A stretch of DNA of 54,489 bases from Prorocentrum cordatum (GCA_963575745.1 CAUYUJ010000236.1:62001-116489), one strand, 5' to 3'. Counted from the stretch's first letter, positions 26,795 through 39,247 are shown. A program made the numbers and translations. The notes: generated by a model not told the origin, from the sequence alone.

Positions 26795-27515
26795 CTTTGA
26801 CGTACTTAGGAGGGCCTCCTAGGGAATCATAGAAATCCCCAAGGGTCCTACCAATCGCCAGATTCCTGAGAGGGCCGCTTACCGAAATCCGTGCGGCGGG
26901 CGGGGTGGTGCCGGGCTGTATGGTGCACCTTATAATGGCTTATGTAACGCTACCTTTGACGTACCTGGAGGGGCCTCGTAGGGAATCATCGAAATCCCTA
27001 GGGTTCCTACCAATCGCCAGATTCCTGAGAGGGCCGCTTGCCGAAACCCGTGCGGCACGCGCGGTGGTGCCGTGCTGCATGGTGCACCTTATGATGTTTC
27101 ATATCGCGCTACCTTTGACGTACCTGGGGGGGGGCTCCTAAGGAATCATAGGATTCCCACCGGGATCCGACTGATCGCCAGATTCCTTACAGGGCTTCCT
27201 AGGAAATCCCAAGAATCCCTAGGGACCCTACCAATTACCATATTCCTGGGAGGGCCGCCTAGTGAATCCTAAGAATTCCTCGGGATCCGACCACTTGCCA
27301 GACTCCTGAGAGGACCTCGTAAGGAATCCTGGGAACTCCTCGGGACCCCACCAATTCCCAGATTCCTAAGAGGGCCTCCTGGGGAACCCGAGAAATTCCT
27401 CGGGATCCTAAGAATTGCCAGATTCCTGAGAGGGCCTCGAAGGGAATCATACGAAATACCAAGGACCCCACCACTTCCCAAATTCCTGGGAGGGCTTCAT
27501 AAGGAATCCTAGGAA
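26795..27515. repeat. Composite satellite: ~160-bp duplication followed by 60-bp tandem units
   Basis: CTTTGACGTAC anchor occurs three times ~160 bp apart. CCAGATTCCT-like anchor recurs every 60 bp (27181, 27241, 27301, 27361, 27421, 27481). Confidence 0.85.
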
Positions 27516-28815
27516 TGCGTGGTCGCAGAAGTCGGCGGCCTGGTCGTCCGTCTGGCTGTCCGCGAGGGAAACGCTATCCGCGTTGCCGAAGTAATCCCAG
27601 AAGGGAGTTGAGCGCGGCGTCGGGTAAGGAATGGGGCGGGGCGTCTGTATGGGCGTCGGGGTAAGCGTCGATGAGAGTTTCGGGAGGGCGTCGGTTTGGC
27701 CGTCGGTCGGTCTGTCCTCGCGCCCGTGCTGGCGATCGCTGGGGTTGGCATCGCCAGGAAGGGGGGTTCCGTCACGGTCGCAATCGCCGTCGTGGCGGGC
27801 GTAATCTTCGTCGCCACGTCGGCGGGGGCGTTGTGAATCGCCGTCGGGGGGGGGCAGCTGCGGGGGACCAACGTTGGGGCCGTCGCGGGGGCCGTCGTGG
27901 AAACCGTCGTGGGGGCCGCGTCGGGGGGCAGTCGTGTGGGCCGCCGCGTGACCGTCGTGGGGGGCCGTCGGGGCGGTGGCTCGTGGGGACGTTTGAGTTC
28001 GTCGGGGGGTCGTGGGGCCCGGCGGGGGGTCGGGCGGGGGGCCCCATGGGATGGCTCCAGCGGTCCCTATGGCCGGTGTCTTCCTCTCAGCGCATGCGGT
28101 CACTCGGATGTCGAGCCCGCCGCGGGGCAGGCAGCGCCAGCTTTGGCCTGGACAGCCGCCCCTACGGCCGATTCACAGGGCGGTTCCCCGCGGGCTCCCT
28201 CCCAGGGCACGCGGCCACGCTGGGCGCGGCCGTCGCGGTGGCCGTCGAGCGGGGGAGCGCGGGGGCCGTTGCGGGGGTCGCCTTGGGAGCCGTCGCGGGG
28301 TTCGTCGTGGGGGCCGCCGCGAGGCCGTCGTGGAGGGATGTGTTGGTGGTGGGTCGTGGGGGCCTTCGCGTTGGGCGGAAATTGGTGGGACAGTCGGGGG
28401 GGGGGCGGGGGGGGCTCCAGGTGGTGGCTCCGGCGGTCCCTATGGGCGCTTCCTCGGGTATGCCCCCCGAGGTCTCCCTCTTAGGGCATGCGTCCACTCG
28501 GGGTGTGGCTGGGGGCATGGAATCCGACGTGGGGGCCGTAGTGGCACGCTGGCCCAAAGGGCGGCAGGCGGGGAGCCCCATCATCTCGGCAACGAACGGT
28601 GGCGTCCGTGGCCCAGTACCCGGGTGGCACGGCCAGGACGAAAATGGCCGTCTCCTTCCTCATGATGGAGGTCGGCCTGTCCGCTGGGGCGACCACTGCA
28701 CGGTTATGGTACCACAGGTGCCTGAGCGCCGCCTCCACGGCGAGCTGGCGCCTTCGGCGCGCTCCTCGTCGGGTAGCTGTGGGAGCCAACATGGCGATTT
28801 CCTGGGATCGGATGA

Positions 28816-30650
28816 CGAGAGAGCGTGATCCACCGCCGTTCTACTGTGGAAAATTCCCTCCCTCTTCCTCCGGAACCCAGGGTTCCCCCCCCCCCCCGTT
28901 CCGAAAATCTCCCCCCCCCCCCTGCTGGAACCCCCCCTCTCCCCCCTCCCGTACCCCCCCCGCCCCTCTCCGGAAAACCGAGGGGAAGTCACTACCGGTT
29001 CGAATGCCCCCCCCCCCCTCCGGAAATCCGAACGGGGTCACTACTGGTTCGAACCCCTCCCCCCCCTTCAGAAAACCGGAGAAGGGTCACTACTGGTTCG
29101 AATCCCCCCCTCCAGAAAACCGGGGGGGGTCACTACCGGTTCGAACACCCCTCCCCTCCTCGAAAACCGAGTGGGGTCACTACCGGTTCGAACCCTTGCA
29201 AGGGGCCCCTCCAGAAAACCGTGGGTGTCACTACCAGTTCGACCCCCCCCCGAAAACCGAACCAGGGGGGCCACTACTGGTTCGAACCCCCTCCTCCCTC
29301 GAGAAAACCAGGGGGGGTCACTACCGGTTCGAACCCCCCCCCCTCCCCCCCTCGAAAACGGGGGGGGGGATCACTACCAGTTCGAGACCCCTCCCCCGCC
29401 CCACGCTCACCGCTAGCACACAACTCTGGGTCCCTACCACCGTCCACACACCATCCCCCACTGCTGTCCCCAGCACTACTCTCCTCACCACCAGTGTCCC
29501 CACTGTTCCCACCACCGTCACCACTGTCCTCACCAGTGTCCCCACCACTGTCGCACTGTCCCCACTGTCCCCACCACTGTCCCCACCACTGTTCCCACCA
29601 CGGCTCCACTCTCCCCACTTTCTCCACGGCCCCAGCCACTGTCCCACTGTCACCACTGTCCAATTGTCCCACTGTCCCCGCCGCTGTGTTCCCACCACTG
29701 TCCCCACCACTGCCCCTGCTGCACCTATGTCCCATTATCCCACCGCCCGCCGTCCTCGCCACCGCCCTCACCACTGTCGCCACCACCGCTGTCCTCATCA
29801 CTGTCCCACTGTTTCCACCACCTTCCCACTGTCCCCACACCACTGTCCCCACCACTGTCCCACTATCCCCACTGTTCCCACCATTGTCCCCGATGTCCCC
29901 ACCAGTGCCCCCCACCAGTGTCTCAATGTCTCCACTCCCCACACCATTGTCCCACCACGGTCCCACTCTTCCCACTTCCCCCACGGTCCCCACCACTGTC
30001 CCACTGTCCCCACTGTTCCCACCACTGTCCCACTGTCCCCGCCGCTGTCCCACTGTGCTGTCCCACCGTCCCCACTGTCCCCATCACTGTCCCACTGTTC
30101 TCACTGTCCCCAACACTCCCCCCACTGTACTATTGTCCCACCACTGTCCTCACCACCGCCTTCACCACTGTCCCCACCACTACCGTCCCCACTGTCCCGC
30201 TGTCCCCTCACCACTGTCCCCACCACCACCGTCCCCACCACTGTCCGCACCACTGTCCCACTGTCCCCGCACCACTGTCCCCACCACCACCGTTCCCACC
30301 ACTGTCCCAACATCCCCACCATTCTCCAACTGTCCCGAGCAGCGGGCATCGTTTCGTTTGCCGGCGGCGAGGGCGGGGGGGAGGGGGGTGGTTCGAACCG
30401 GTAGTGACCCCCCCCCGGTTTTCGAGGGGGGCGGGGGGTTTGAACCGGTAGTGATCCCCTCCGGTTTTCGAGAGGGGGGGGGTTCGAACCGGTAGTGACC
30501 CCCCCCCCTTTTCATGATGGACTGGAAGGGAGGGGGGGGGGGTTCGAACCGGTAGTGACCCCCCCCCGGTTTTCGAGGGGGGGGACGGGTTAGGAACCCC
30601 CAGTGACCCCACTGGGTTTTCCGCCAGCAGCGGTAGAACACGCTCTTTCG
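28816..30650. mobile_element. Foldback/MITE-like non-autonomous element with inverted subterminal arrays
   Basis: Terminal inverted match AGAGCGTGATCCACCGCCG (28820) versus revcomp AGAGCGTGTTCTACCGCTG (30646), 16/19. Nine copies of GAAAACC(G)nTCACTACCGGTTCGAAC(C)n on the left and four inverted copies on the right. Central (CCCCACCACTGT/CCCACTGT)n at 29430-30335. Confidence 0.8.
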
Positions 30651-32421
30651 ATGCTTGAGGGCCGCCACGCGTTCGGGCAGCCCCCAAGTGCCATGGATCT
30701 GGAGAGCCGGAGAGGGAATTGTAGAGGAGGTAGACGAAAAGGAGTTTGTAAAAGGCATCAAGATACACCAAATATGTAACAGGTCGCACTGTCACTTACG
30801 CACCTCAATACCTGAGCGGTGGGTGGCTCTCATCCTTCTCGTCCTCCTGCTCATCCGCCAGCTCCTACAGCTGTATTGCTTCCCGATTGCACATCAACGA
30901 TGGGATACTCTCCGGAACTCCAGGTACGCTATGACACGCATCGGCGGACATACATAAAAGACAGCGCAATGAGAAGGGATGGGTGGGAGGGGAAGGATGT
31001 CAGAGATGGCTCGAGCGCACCTGGCGTGCCCCTCGCTGCTATTTCCTCTCCCAGGCCCCACCCCGTGGCTCCTGCTGCACGAGCAGGCTGTGGAACTCGT
31101 CCAAAATCGCGTTGATTCTGCAGCTCTCTGGGCCTCGGACGGAAAGGGAGAGGGGGGGGGGGGCGCAGAGGGAGGGAGGTTCACAATGGACGAAATTGTA
31201 GGGCTTCGCGCTGCGCACAGACAGCCCCTTCAGGTAGTCCTGGCTGGCCTCAAAAGGCCCCCCCAGCAGTCCCAGCTGGTTTTCACAGGCCGCCCGAATA
31301 GTCCTGGGCGGTCCAAACATACCTGTCGCCGCCTCGGGCGGCACCCCTGGGGCGCTCCGAGCCCCAGGGTTGGGGCATTGTTGCGACCGCCCTCCCTGGA
31401 CTACTCGGGGGGCGTGTTGAGCCCAGCTGGGACTACTCGGGGGGCGAGTTGAGGCCAGCAGGGACTGACTGGGGGGGCTGTCTGCGCGCAACCCGAAGCA
31501 TTGCCAGGACGAGAGGGGAGTTGGCAAGGGGAATTGTAGATGACCAGCAGCATGCGGCTGGCTCTTCGGGATCCTCGGGGCGCCGGGAGCGACCGCACGC
31601 CGAGGAGAGTGCCTGCGGAAGTGCAAGTGGCTGTGTGCAAAAGTTTTCGCCCCCCTCCGTTGTCCCAAGATTTGGGCCTCGCATGAATGACCTTAGGCAC
31701 GAGGGGCCTCTGGTGTGCGGCTTCAGGGGGCAGCGGGGACGCCAAGTCCTTGGGCGAAAATCAACGAGGGGCGATACAGTCGGGGTGGATTGGGGAGGAC
31801 ACGCGAGAGGACACAAAACTCTTCCGATGGCCACATTGCCACTGGAACGCGGAAGGCATGGGTCGCGAAACACAGGACACAAGGGTACCCCTGTTTGGGC
31901 AGGGTCGACCTACTAATCAGACTTGACTGTAAGAGTGCGGGGGGAAGAAGGTGCCCTTTTCGGGTTTCCTTCCACCACCGCCACGATAAGTTGGATCGGG
32001 GAAGGAAGATGATGAGGAGGAGGACGAAGGGGAGGAGGAGGAGGAGGAGGAAGAGGAGGAGGCGGAGGAGGAGGAGGAGGAGGAGGAGGAGGAGGAGGAC
32101 CCCCCCCCCTCCAGCTCATGGTGTTGATGGAAAAGAAGCCCATCACAATTTCTGCAGCTCTCGCGGCCTCCCCCATAGCGTCGCCCCCCCCCCCATTGCA
32201 AATTGCACGTGGCCCCCCAACCCCCAGGCGTGCAGGCCAGCGCCGGGGGGGGGGGGGCTGCAGGCCCGCGCCCAAAGCCACTCCAGCGGGAAGCCCCCCC
32301 CCCCCCCCGCTATCCTCAGGTCTTTTCTTACAGGGGGATTTTGGGCGACAGCTCAGCCATATCCTAAAAGACAAAAACAATAAGCAAACTAGTCAAACAA
32401 CTAATCTCCTGACTATATTTT

Positions 32422-32423
32422 GA

Positions 32424-32480
<57 letters not shown>
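32422..32480. repeat. GA-T25-A30-TC homopolymer palindrome
   Basis: Directly visible. Confidence 0.85.
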
Positions 32481-32481
<1 letters not shown>

Positions 32482-32596
32482 TCCTGTAAGAGGGGCAGGC
32501 CCGACTTACTACTTTCCTTCCAGAACCTCCCTCGACCCACAAACAGGAGCGCGAGAGCTACCACCTCGGCTGTCGCGGGCGCCCCGCGGCTGGGCG

Positions 32597-32599
<3 letters not shown>

Positions 32600-32656
<57 letters not shown>

Positions 32657-32663
32657 CTCTCTC

Positions 32664-32705
<42 letters not shown>

Positions 32706-33283
32706 TCTCTCTCTCGTCTCGTCGGTCTCTCCCGCACCTCCTCTTCTTCACTCCGCCTCCTCCTGGTCCTCCTCCTCCTCCTCGTTCTCGTTTTCCTGCC
32801 CGCCTCCTCCTCTCCTCCTCCTCCTGTTCTCCTGCTCCTCCTGCTCCTCCTGCTCCTCCTGCTCCTCCTCCTCATCTTCCTCCTCCTCCTCCTCCTCCTC
32901 CTCCTCCTCCTCCTCCTCCTCCCCCTCCTCCTCCCTCCTCCTCCTCCTCCCCCCTCCCCTCTTTCTCACTCCTCCTCCTTCGTTATCACTCTCCTCCTGC
33001 TCCAGCTGCTCCCCCTCATCCTCCTCCTTCTCCTCCTCTCCTCCTCCTCCCCCTCCTCCCCCCCCCTCTTTTCCTCCTCCTGCCCCCCCTCCTCCTCCTC
33101 CTCCCCCCCCTTCCCCCCCCCCCCCCCCCCTCTTTCTCCCTCTGTCTCACTCCTCCTGCTCCCCCCCTCCTCCTCCTCCCCCCTCCCCCTTCCCCCTTCC
33201 TCCTCCTCCTCCTCCTCCTCCTCCTCCTCCTCCTCCTCCTCCTCCTCCTACCCCTCCTCCTCCTCCTCCTCCTCCTCCTCCTC
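32600..33283. repeat. (CT)n and (CCT)n tracts
   Basis: Directly visible. Confidence 0.92.
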
Positions 33284-33399
33284 GGGCGTAGCCAAGAAGG
33301 CGCCTGGTCTCGAGGTTCAGCCGCAGTCGCCGCCGCACGTTGGCCGCGCGACATGGAATCGGACGGCCCTGACCACACCTGCACTTTGGCTGTGTGAAA

Positions 33400-36300
33400 T
33401 GATGAGACTGGCTCGGGAAGCTAAAAGGGCGCAGAGCAGTGAAGATATAATAGGCAGAGACAGGGATGGCAACAGACGCGGACGAGGGGACAATAATACC
33501 GAAACGGGCGAGAGGGCAAAGGTCGAGCGGGTGCCTGACCACACGAGTGAGAAGACGGAGAAATCTGGGGCACTTCCAGTAGTGCCAGGAACGATCTGAA
33601 CATTCATGACAACCTAACATGCACGGAGAGTCCTTCTGAAATCTAGTGTCAGAAACCCACGCAGCGGCGAGCGTCTCGATGGCGGCAGCGCGCCAGGAGG
33701 GAGGAAGGGAGAGAAGAACAAAACGACACGAAGCCCAGTCAATGTTCTCAATCCCCGCAATACTCCCAGGACAACCCGACCGAAGTCGCGCGACGAACGC
33801 GGCCACAAGGGTGTCGGGGAAGAGGGGGGACATGAGGCTGGAGCACAAGAGACGTTGAGGGTGAAGAGCTTTGCAAGGGAGGAGAGGGTTCGCAGCGACG
33901 TGAGCACGAAGGGCACGGGTGGCGCTCCTCCCAGGGATCCCCAAGGCCGGGGAATCTGGAAATCCTGAGGCGGCTTGCTGAAGGTTCTGAGCGCTGTCAC
34001 GCGAAAACCAAAACTTGGGGCACCAGCGGTGCCCGCCCTCTCCATCAGGGTAACCCGCGACGATGGATGAGATCGAGAGCTCCTCCCAGGCAGCTTCTTC
34101 CAACACCTCCCTACATCCACGCCAGTTCGGGGGGGTATAAGAGCTGGCACGGATCAGAGTCGCGAGACTCAGAGCGTGGAGAGAGCGTGGAGGGACGCGG
34201 TTTTAGGACCTCCCCAGTCCTTGAGGCGGTGCCAGTCCACATTCTTCCAGCAGCGGAACGGCGTCTTCAAAAGGCGAGCTAGCTGCTGATGCTCTGTCGT
34301 CTGAAATTGCTTCGGGACCGGGAGCAATTGAGCGACATGCCCGAGGACGGTGACAGCACGACGACGATAGAGCAAGGCCGTGATCTCCGAGGCAGAGCCA
34401 CCAGCAGCTATCTGGGCGCAGCGGGATAGGTACTTACTGAACGGCTCCTGCCACGAGTCCCACCCCACATCAGGGCCCAAGAACATGCCAATATATTTGA
34501 GCTTACCCGAGATGCCCATGGAGTCCCACGATCGGAGGTTCCTGGAAAGCCCATCCCGATAGCTTTGAACAGTCTGGGGGGGATACGATTGCCAATGAGC
34601 GGGACAACGTGGCACTTGGGAATATTGAGGCTCAGGTGCGCATGCTCCTTCGCCTTGCAAAAAACAGCGGCGACCTCGCTCAACACCGAGATGCACTTCA
34701 AAACCATGCCGATGTCATCGGCGCGTGCGCGCGCATGTCCACGGCCCGCGCTGCCCACGACCCGTCGGAATTCTTGGAGGAAAGGATCGAGAGCAATGCT
34801 GAGTCACATGCCCGAGGCTGGGCAGCCCTGGATCATGCCCGCGGTGACCACATACATGAAATGAGCGATGCCCCCGAGGTTGCCCCAACAGACGACGTTC
34901 TCATAGATGGCCGACAAGAACCAACGAAGAGGAAGCGGGAGGCCAAGCACGTCGAGCACCAGCATCCGCCAGCGCTGGCACAGGCTCGGAAAGGCCTGTC
35001 CGAAATCAAAGCCTATCAGCAAAGGAAGCGCGGCCATTGACCCCATGGAGAATACGCGGGAGTGCGTATCTAAGTCCACGATATTAGAACAGAAATTTCG
35101 ACCAGAGACGAAACCCCGCTGATTCGAGTCGAGTCAAGCAGGCAGGCGGCGAGAGAGTTCCCAGCAACAGACTCCCCTGAGGACCTTGCAGTCCGTGTTC
35201 TTGAGGCCGAGGGGCCTCGTGTCCCCGACGCCCCGAAACACCCCTTCGTTGTCGCCTGCTTCCGTGCCTTTCGGGATGAAAACCCCGAGGAGCTTGTTAA
35301 AGTTGAAGCTGAGCGAGGGCCCGCTCAAGATCCACTGGAGGCTGTCAAACAATACGGTGGATCCTAGCGGAGCGTGCTGCCATGCAGCGTACCTGAGACG
35401 GTCGGGCCCTGGTCCAGAATCCGTTTGGCGCCTGAGGTAGCTTTCCAAGAGACTAAGGGTTGGGGGGGGAAGATCCTGGCACGGAATCCTAGGGGCGAGC
35501 TCCTGGTGATAAGACCTGGCCGCATCTTCGCCCGGGGGTTTGGCCGGAAAGACGGGGGCCAGTGGGTAGTCAGAGCTTTGAGGACTTGGGCGGGTCCCAG
35601 AATTTTTTGGCCCCGGGCCCGCGCGCCAGCAAGAGAGACGTGTTTGCCAAACGGAGACCACAGTTGCGCAGCTCGTTTTATTTTCGCCACCCGTCCTCGA
35701 AGCCGATTTTGACGCTGCTCACTCCCAGCGGCAGCAAGACTATCTTGAACGAGCCGCCGACGACGCTGTGAAACTTCAGCGTGCAGCGAGTCGGAGAGCG
35801 CAGCAAAGACCTGCGGCGAGATCAGGCCCACTGTGCCAGCATCTGGGGCGACCACGAGGCGCTCACGGGCCAGAGGGTGAGACATGCATATCCGCTCAGC
35901 AAGTCGCACATCTTGCCGGAAAGCCGCTCGAACACGCGTCCGAGCAGCGATGAATTTCGCATCGAGTGTCTGCGGCTTACGTAGTAGTAGAGTGTTGCGC
36001 GCATATCGCGCAGATTTAACCATGAGCGTCTTGTAGTACGCGTGCTTTAGAGGGATACAACGATGATCATACTCAGCAGCCGCAAGCGCTCGGTGCATGT
36101 ACCAGAAAAACTCCTGCGAGCGGAAGATCTCACGCGGGATAGGCATAGCATCTTCTGGCGTCCGTCGGCGGGTGACGAGGGTAGCACATGCTGCTGCGTG
36201 ATCAGATATTTGTTTGGCGCGAAGTTGCTCGGGAAGCCCAACCACCTCTCCCCCTGCGATCGTCTGAGACAAAAACAACCCTGGAGCAGAGCAGAAGAGA

Positions 36301-37018
36301 CGATCAATACATGAGAGATGACGAACCCCAGCATGATAATGAGTAGGCGCCTCCAGGGTGAACTCAACGAGCTTCCGCATAAGTTCTCGCCACTCAGGAG
36401 CACCAGGCACTAGAGGAGGGAGTGGAGCCGCAATGTGCTCTCCAGACGGGTTGAGCGGCAGAGGTTGCTGCAACCCGAAGTTGAAATCCCCGGCGACGAT
36501 GACGAACTTGGACTGGGGGCCCCCGCTCGCGCCGAGAAGATCTGCGGTGATGAGCTGGCAGACGTGGGAACGCTGCTGATGTATAAGGCCAGGGTTGTGT
36601 GTGTTGTAATGCGATATCCAAGCCGCGTTGTTCTGGGCTTTGATGCGGGCGTTGAGTACTCGACCAGGGGCGATGCAAGAGGAGGAGATGAGGGGGGGCC
36701 GAGCTGTCGAATCTACGCTCTCGCTCGCTGGCGGGGACAAACTTCGGGGATAACGTGACTACGCCACCCTTAGCCTGGGGCCTCGTGGCATCATCAGCAT
36801 TGCACGCGGCTGGGGGGGAAGGAGTGGGAAAAAGAGAACGGGGGATTATTCTGGCGCAGGAAGTCCTGCACTTCTGCAATCGATCCGTGAACTTCTTGCG
36901 CGGCCACGATTGCCCCAGGTTGGGGCAGGAGTCGGAGGTATTTGAATTTAGCCGGGCGCACGATAGTCTGATGGTGCAGCAACGCGCAAGAGTTCCAAGA
37001 CGCCACTCCCATCGGCAT
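33400..37018 (-). pseudogene. LINE ORF2 (APE endonuclease, RT, CCHC), multiply frameshifted
   Basis: APE: VASWN, AAQEVH, KGGVVTL, YNTHN, IVAGDFN, TH..SCIDRLF, ISDH. RT: SGPGPD, FIPKG..DTRPLGLKNTDCK, QRGFVSGR...NIVDLD, FDFGQAFPSL, GMIQGCPASG, RADDIG, LNIPKC, KYIG. C-terminal CMLGC..DRSWHYWKC. The 3' end is approximate. Confidence 0.9.
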
Positions 37019-37058
37019 CTCGGCGGCGGCAGCACCGCCCCATTGAGCGAAGCAGGTG

Positions 37059-38174
37059 CTAAAGATACCACTGCGTCGCATTGCCCCCCTGGATGGCGGC
37101 GGCCAGGGGGCCCTCGAGCTCCGCTCGAGACATGCCCTCAGCAGCAAGGTTCGACTCTGCCCAGCGAACCTGCGGCGCATCTCGGTCAGCGAGCGGAGTG
37201 ATCTCCACGTGCTGGCGCCAATTGACTGAAATAGTGCCGCGCAGCTTGTCGACAAAGAAACGCTTGCCCTGGGAACGGCTCTCAAAGAACCTCTTGGCCG
37301 CCTTGAGGGCAACCTCGCGACGGATTTGGCGCGGGTTTTGTCGGTCCCGACAAAAATCTCCGAACGGGCGCCAGAAACTGCAGAGCCGAAAAATCGCACC
37401 CATTCCTCGCCAGGGCGCCGCGGGCACAGCAGGCTGAGCGCCTGCTGTACACGGCGGGCAGCAAACTGCGAGCTGCCCTTGAACTTGATCGTGAAACGCT
37501 TGTCGACGGGGTTGTCGCTCTGCAAGGCCCACTCGTTGTCGTCGGTGTTGGGGCGGTTGAGCCACGGCAAGAGGGCGTTCTGCACCTGCAGCTTTGCCAC
37601 CTGCTCCTTGCAGCGGACCGCGGCGATGGCGACGTCGATGGCGCGGTTGAACGAGGAGTCCAACGACAGCTTCGGGAAGACTGTGGGCGGCTCGGACGGG
37701 GTCTCCTTGACCATGTTGAGCTCCTGCTTGATATTCTTGACTTCTTCAGATAAGACTGCCAACTGGCGACTATGCATTCTGGACCTGCTCGACGTTGTTG
37801 ATGCGCTGCTCGACTTGCTTAGCCATGTTCCCACGTGGTGTCTGCACTCTGGCCCCAAGCCCCAGCAAGCTCTCGTTGAGCGTCTTGGTGGTGCTGTCGG
37901 CGCGGCTGAGCAGCTCAGCGCGCAAATCTTCGATGGAGTCCTGCAGGCTGGCCTGGGCGACCTCAAACTCGGACGAGGTATCGCCAGGAGATCGCTGCCC
38001 CGCAGCTCGCTCGTTGGAACGATCGTCACCTCTCGGGGAACCAGGCGCCTCGATGTCATTGCCGCCAGCGACAGCAGCGCCGCGAAGAGGGGTGGCCACC
38101 TGCGGCGTCGGGAATGCGGGGGCGGCGCCCAGCTCCTCGAGCATGCGCTGCTGCGTAGGAGCCCCATGAGACAT
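37059..38174 (-). pseudogene. LINE ORF1 (coiled-coil plus putative RRM-like region), two frameshifts
   Basis: First ATG after the SL at 38174 (MSHGAPTQ..). Heptad-rich LQDSIEDLRAELL and LSEEVKNIKQELN. Frame switches at ~37775 and ~37345, and the ORF ends ..ATQWYL* just upstream of ORF2. Confidence 0.75.
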
Positions 38175-38320
38175 CGCACGCAGGGGCTCCAGTGCTCGAA
38201 ACTGGGGGCGAACAGCGAGGACCGTGGGCGAGCGCCCCAAGCCGTCTGATCCAGACAGGCCACGGAAGGGTCCAAAGCTAATCGCAACACCTCGGGTAAC
38301 CTACCCAGTTTACGTTTAGC

Positions 38321-38342
38321 CTTGGGCCCAAATGGCTACGGG
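38321..38342 (-). other. Near-complete dinoflagellate spliced leader (DinoSL) copy
   Basis: Minus strand CCCGTAGCCATTTGGGCCCAAG versus DCCGTAGCCATTTTGGCTCAAG: 19 of positions 2-22 match. It lies exactly at the boundary between the element and the microsatellite. Confidence 0.88.
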
Positions 38343-38755
38343 CCCCCCCCTCCTTCCCCCCCCCCTCCCCCCTCCCCTTCCTCCTCTTCATGCTCCGCCT
38401 TCTCCTTCTCCAGCTCCTCCACCCCCTGCGCCCCCTGGGCCTCCTGCACCTCCCCCACCCCCTCCTCATCCTCCTCCTCATCTTCATCCTCATCCCCACC
38501 CTCATCCTCATCCTCAGATGCATCCTCATCCTCGCCCCCATCATCATCATCAGCATGAGCACCATCATCGCCATCATCAGCATCATCATCATCGCCATCA
38601 TCATCTGAACCACCATCATCATCACCATCACCATCACCATCCTCGCCATAAGCCTCACCATAATCATCATCAACAACAGCATATCAGCATCACGATCATC
38701 ATCCTCATCATCGTCACCATCATCATCAGCATCACCACAGGCAGCATCATCATGT
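38343..38755. repeat. (CCT)n then (CAT/CAC)n microsatellite
   Basis: Directly visible. Confidence 0.9.
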
Positions 38756-39234
38756 AGGTGGTCTTTTCTCCTCTCGATATTGTCAGCATATACCTTCAGC
38801 AAGCAAAGCACAGGCAAATGCCAATGCAATTACCAGTCCAATCCTCATCAAGTTGATGCGCAGGCGGCTCTGTGAGGGGATCTAGACGAGGTATACAGAT
38901 GGAGAGCTATAGAGATATTGAAATTGAGGAAGAAAGCTACAACTCGGAATACGAAAGAGGAAACAACGAAGGAGAGAGAAGGGGTTGAAATCTATAAAGA
39001 AAGACTAACAAGGAATAAGCATATATATAGAGAGGGATAGCGAAAGAGGGGAAGCGAGATGGAGAGATAAAGAAACACGCGCAACAAAAAAAAATGAGGC
39101 AGAGAGTGAGAGAGAGGATAGAAAACCCGCAGAGAAAAGGGTCGAGGGAGAGCAAGCCAGAGAGGCAAGGGTAGGAGAGAGATGGGATGGAGCGATGTGC
39201 GAGAGAGGGAACGAAGAGGGGGGGAAGGAGGAGA

Positions 39235-39247
39235 GAAAGAGAGAGAA

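Larger units (their letters stand above)
33284..38342 (-). mobile_element. Full-length but decayed L1/Tx1-like LINE beginning with a DinoSL
   Basis: ORF1 plus APE-RT-CCHC ORF2 in order, with many frameshifts. Flanked by C/CCT-rich tracts on both sides, so a TSD cannot be resolved. Confidence 0.9.

Noticed and set aside
28970..29395. Regularly spaced GTCACTACCGGTTCGAAC repeats as CRISPR or tRNA genes
   Set aside because: The intervening sequence is only variable C/G runs around GAAAACC. No cloverleaf, D-arm or anticodon arm can be drawn.
28599..30495. 601-aa and 556-aa mucin-like ORFs
   Set aside because: They coincide with the tandem repeats of the foldback element.
30655..31950. Non-repetitive segment with several 100-200-aa ORFs (likewise 12560-13900, 49940-50600 and 52440-53200)
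   Set aside because: No motif was recognised, and ORFs of this length are expected by chance in GC-rich DNA. They may be decayed exons, but this cannot be supported from sequence alone.
32422..32480. T25-A30 palindrome as a terminator or functional hairpin
   Set aside because: Homopolymer lengths in this window look unreliable (many long C/G runs). It may be an assembly artefact or abutting poly(A) remnants.
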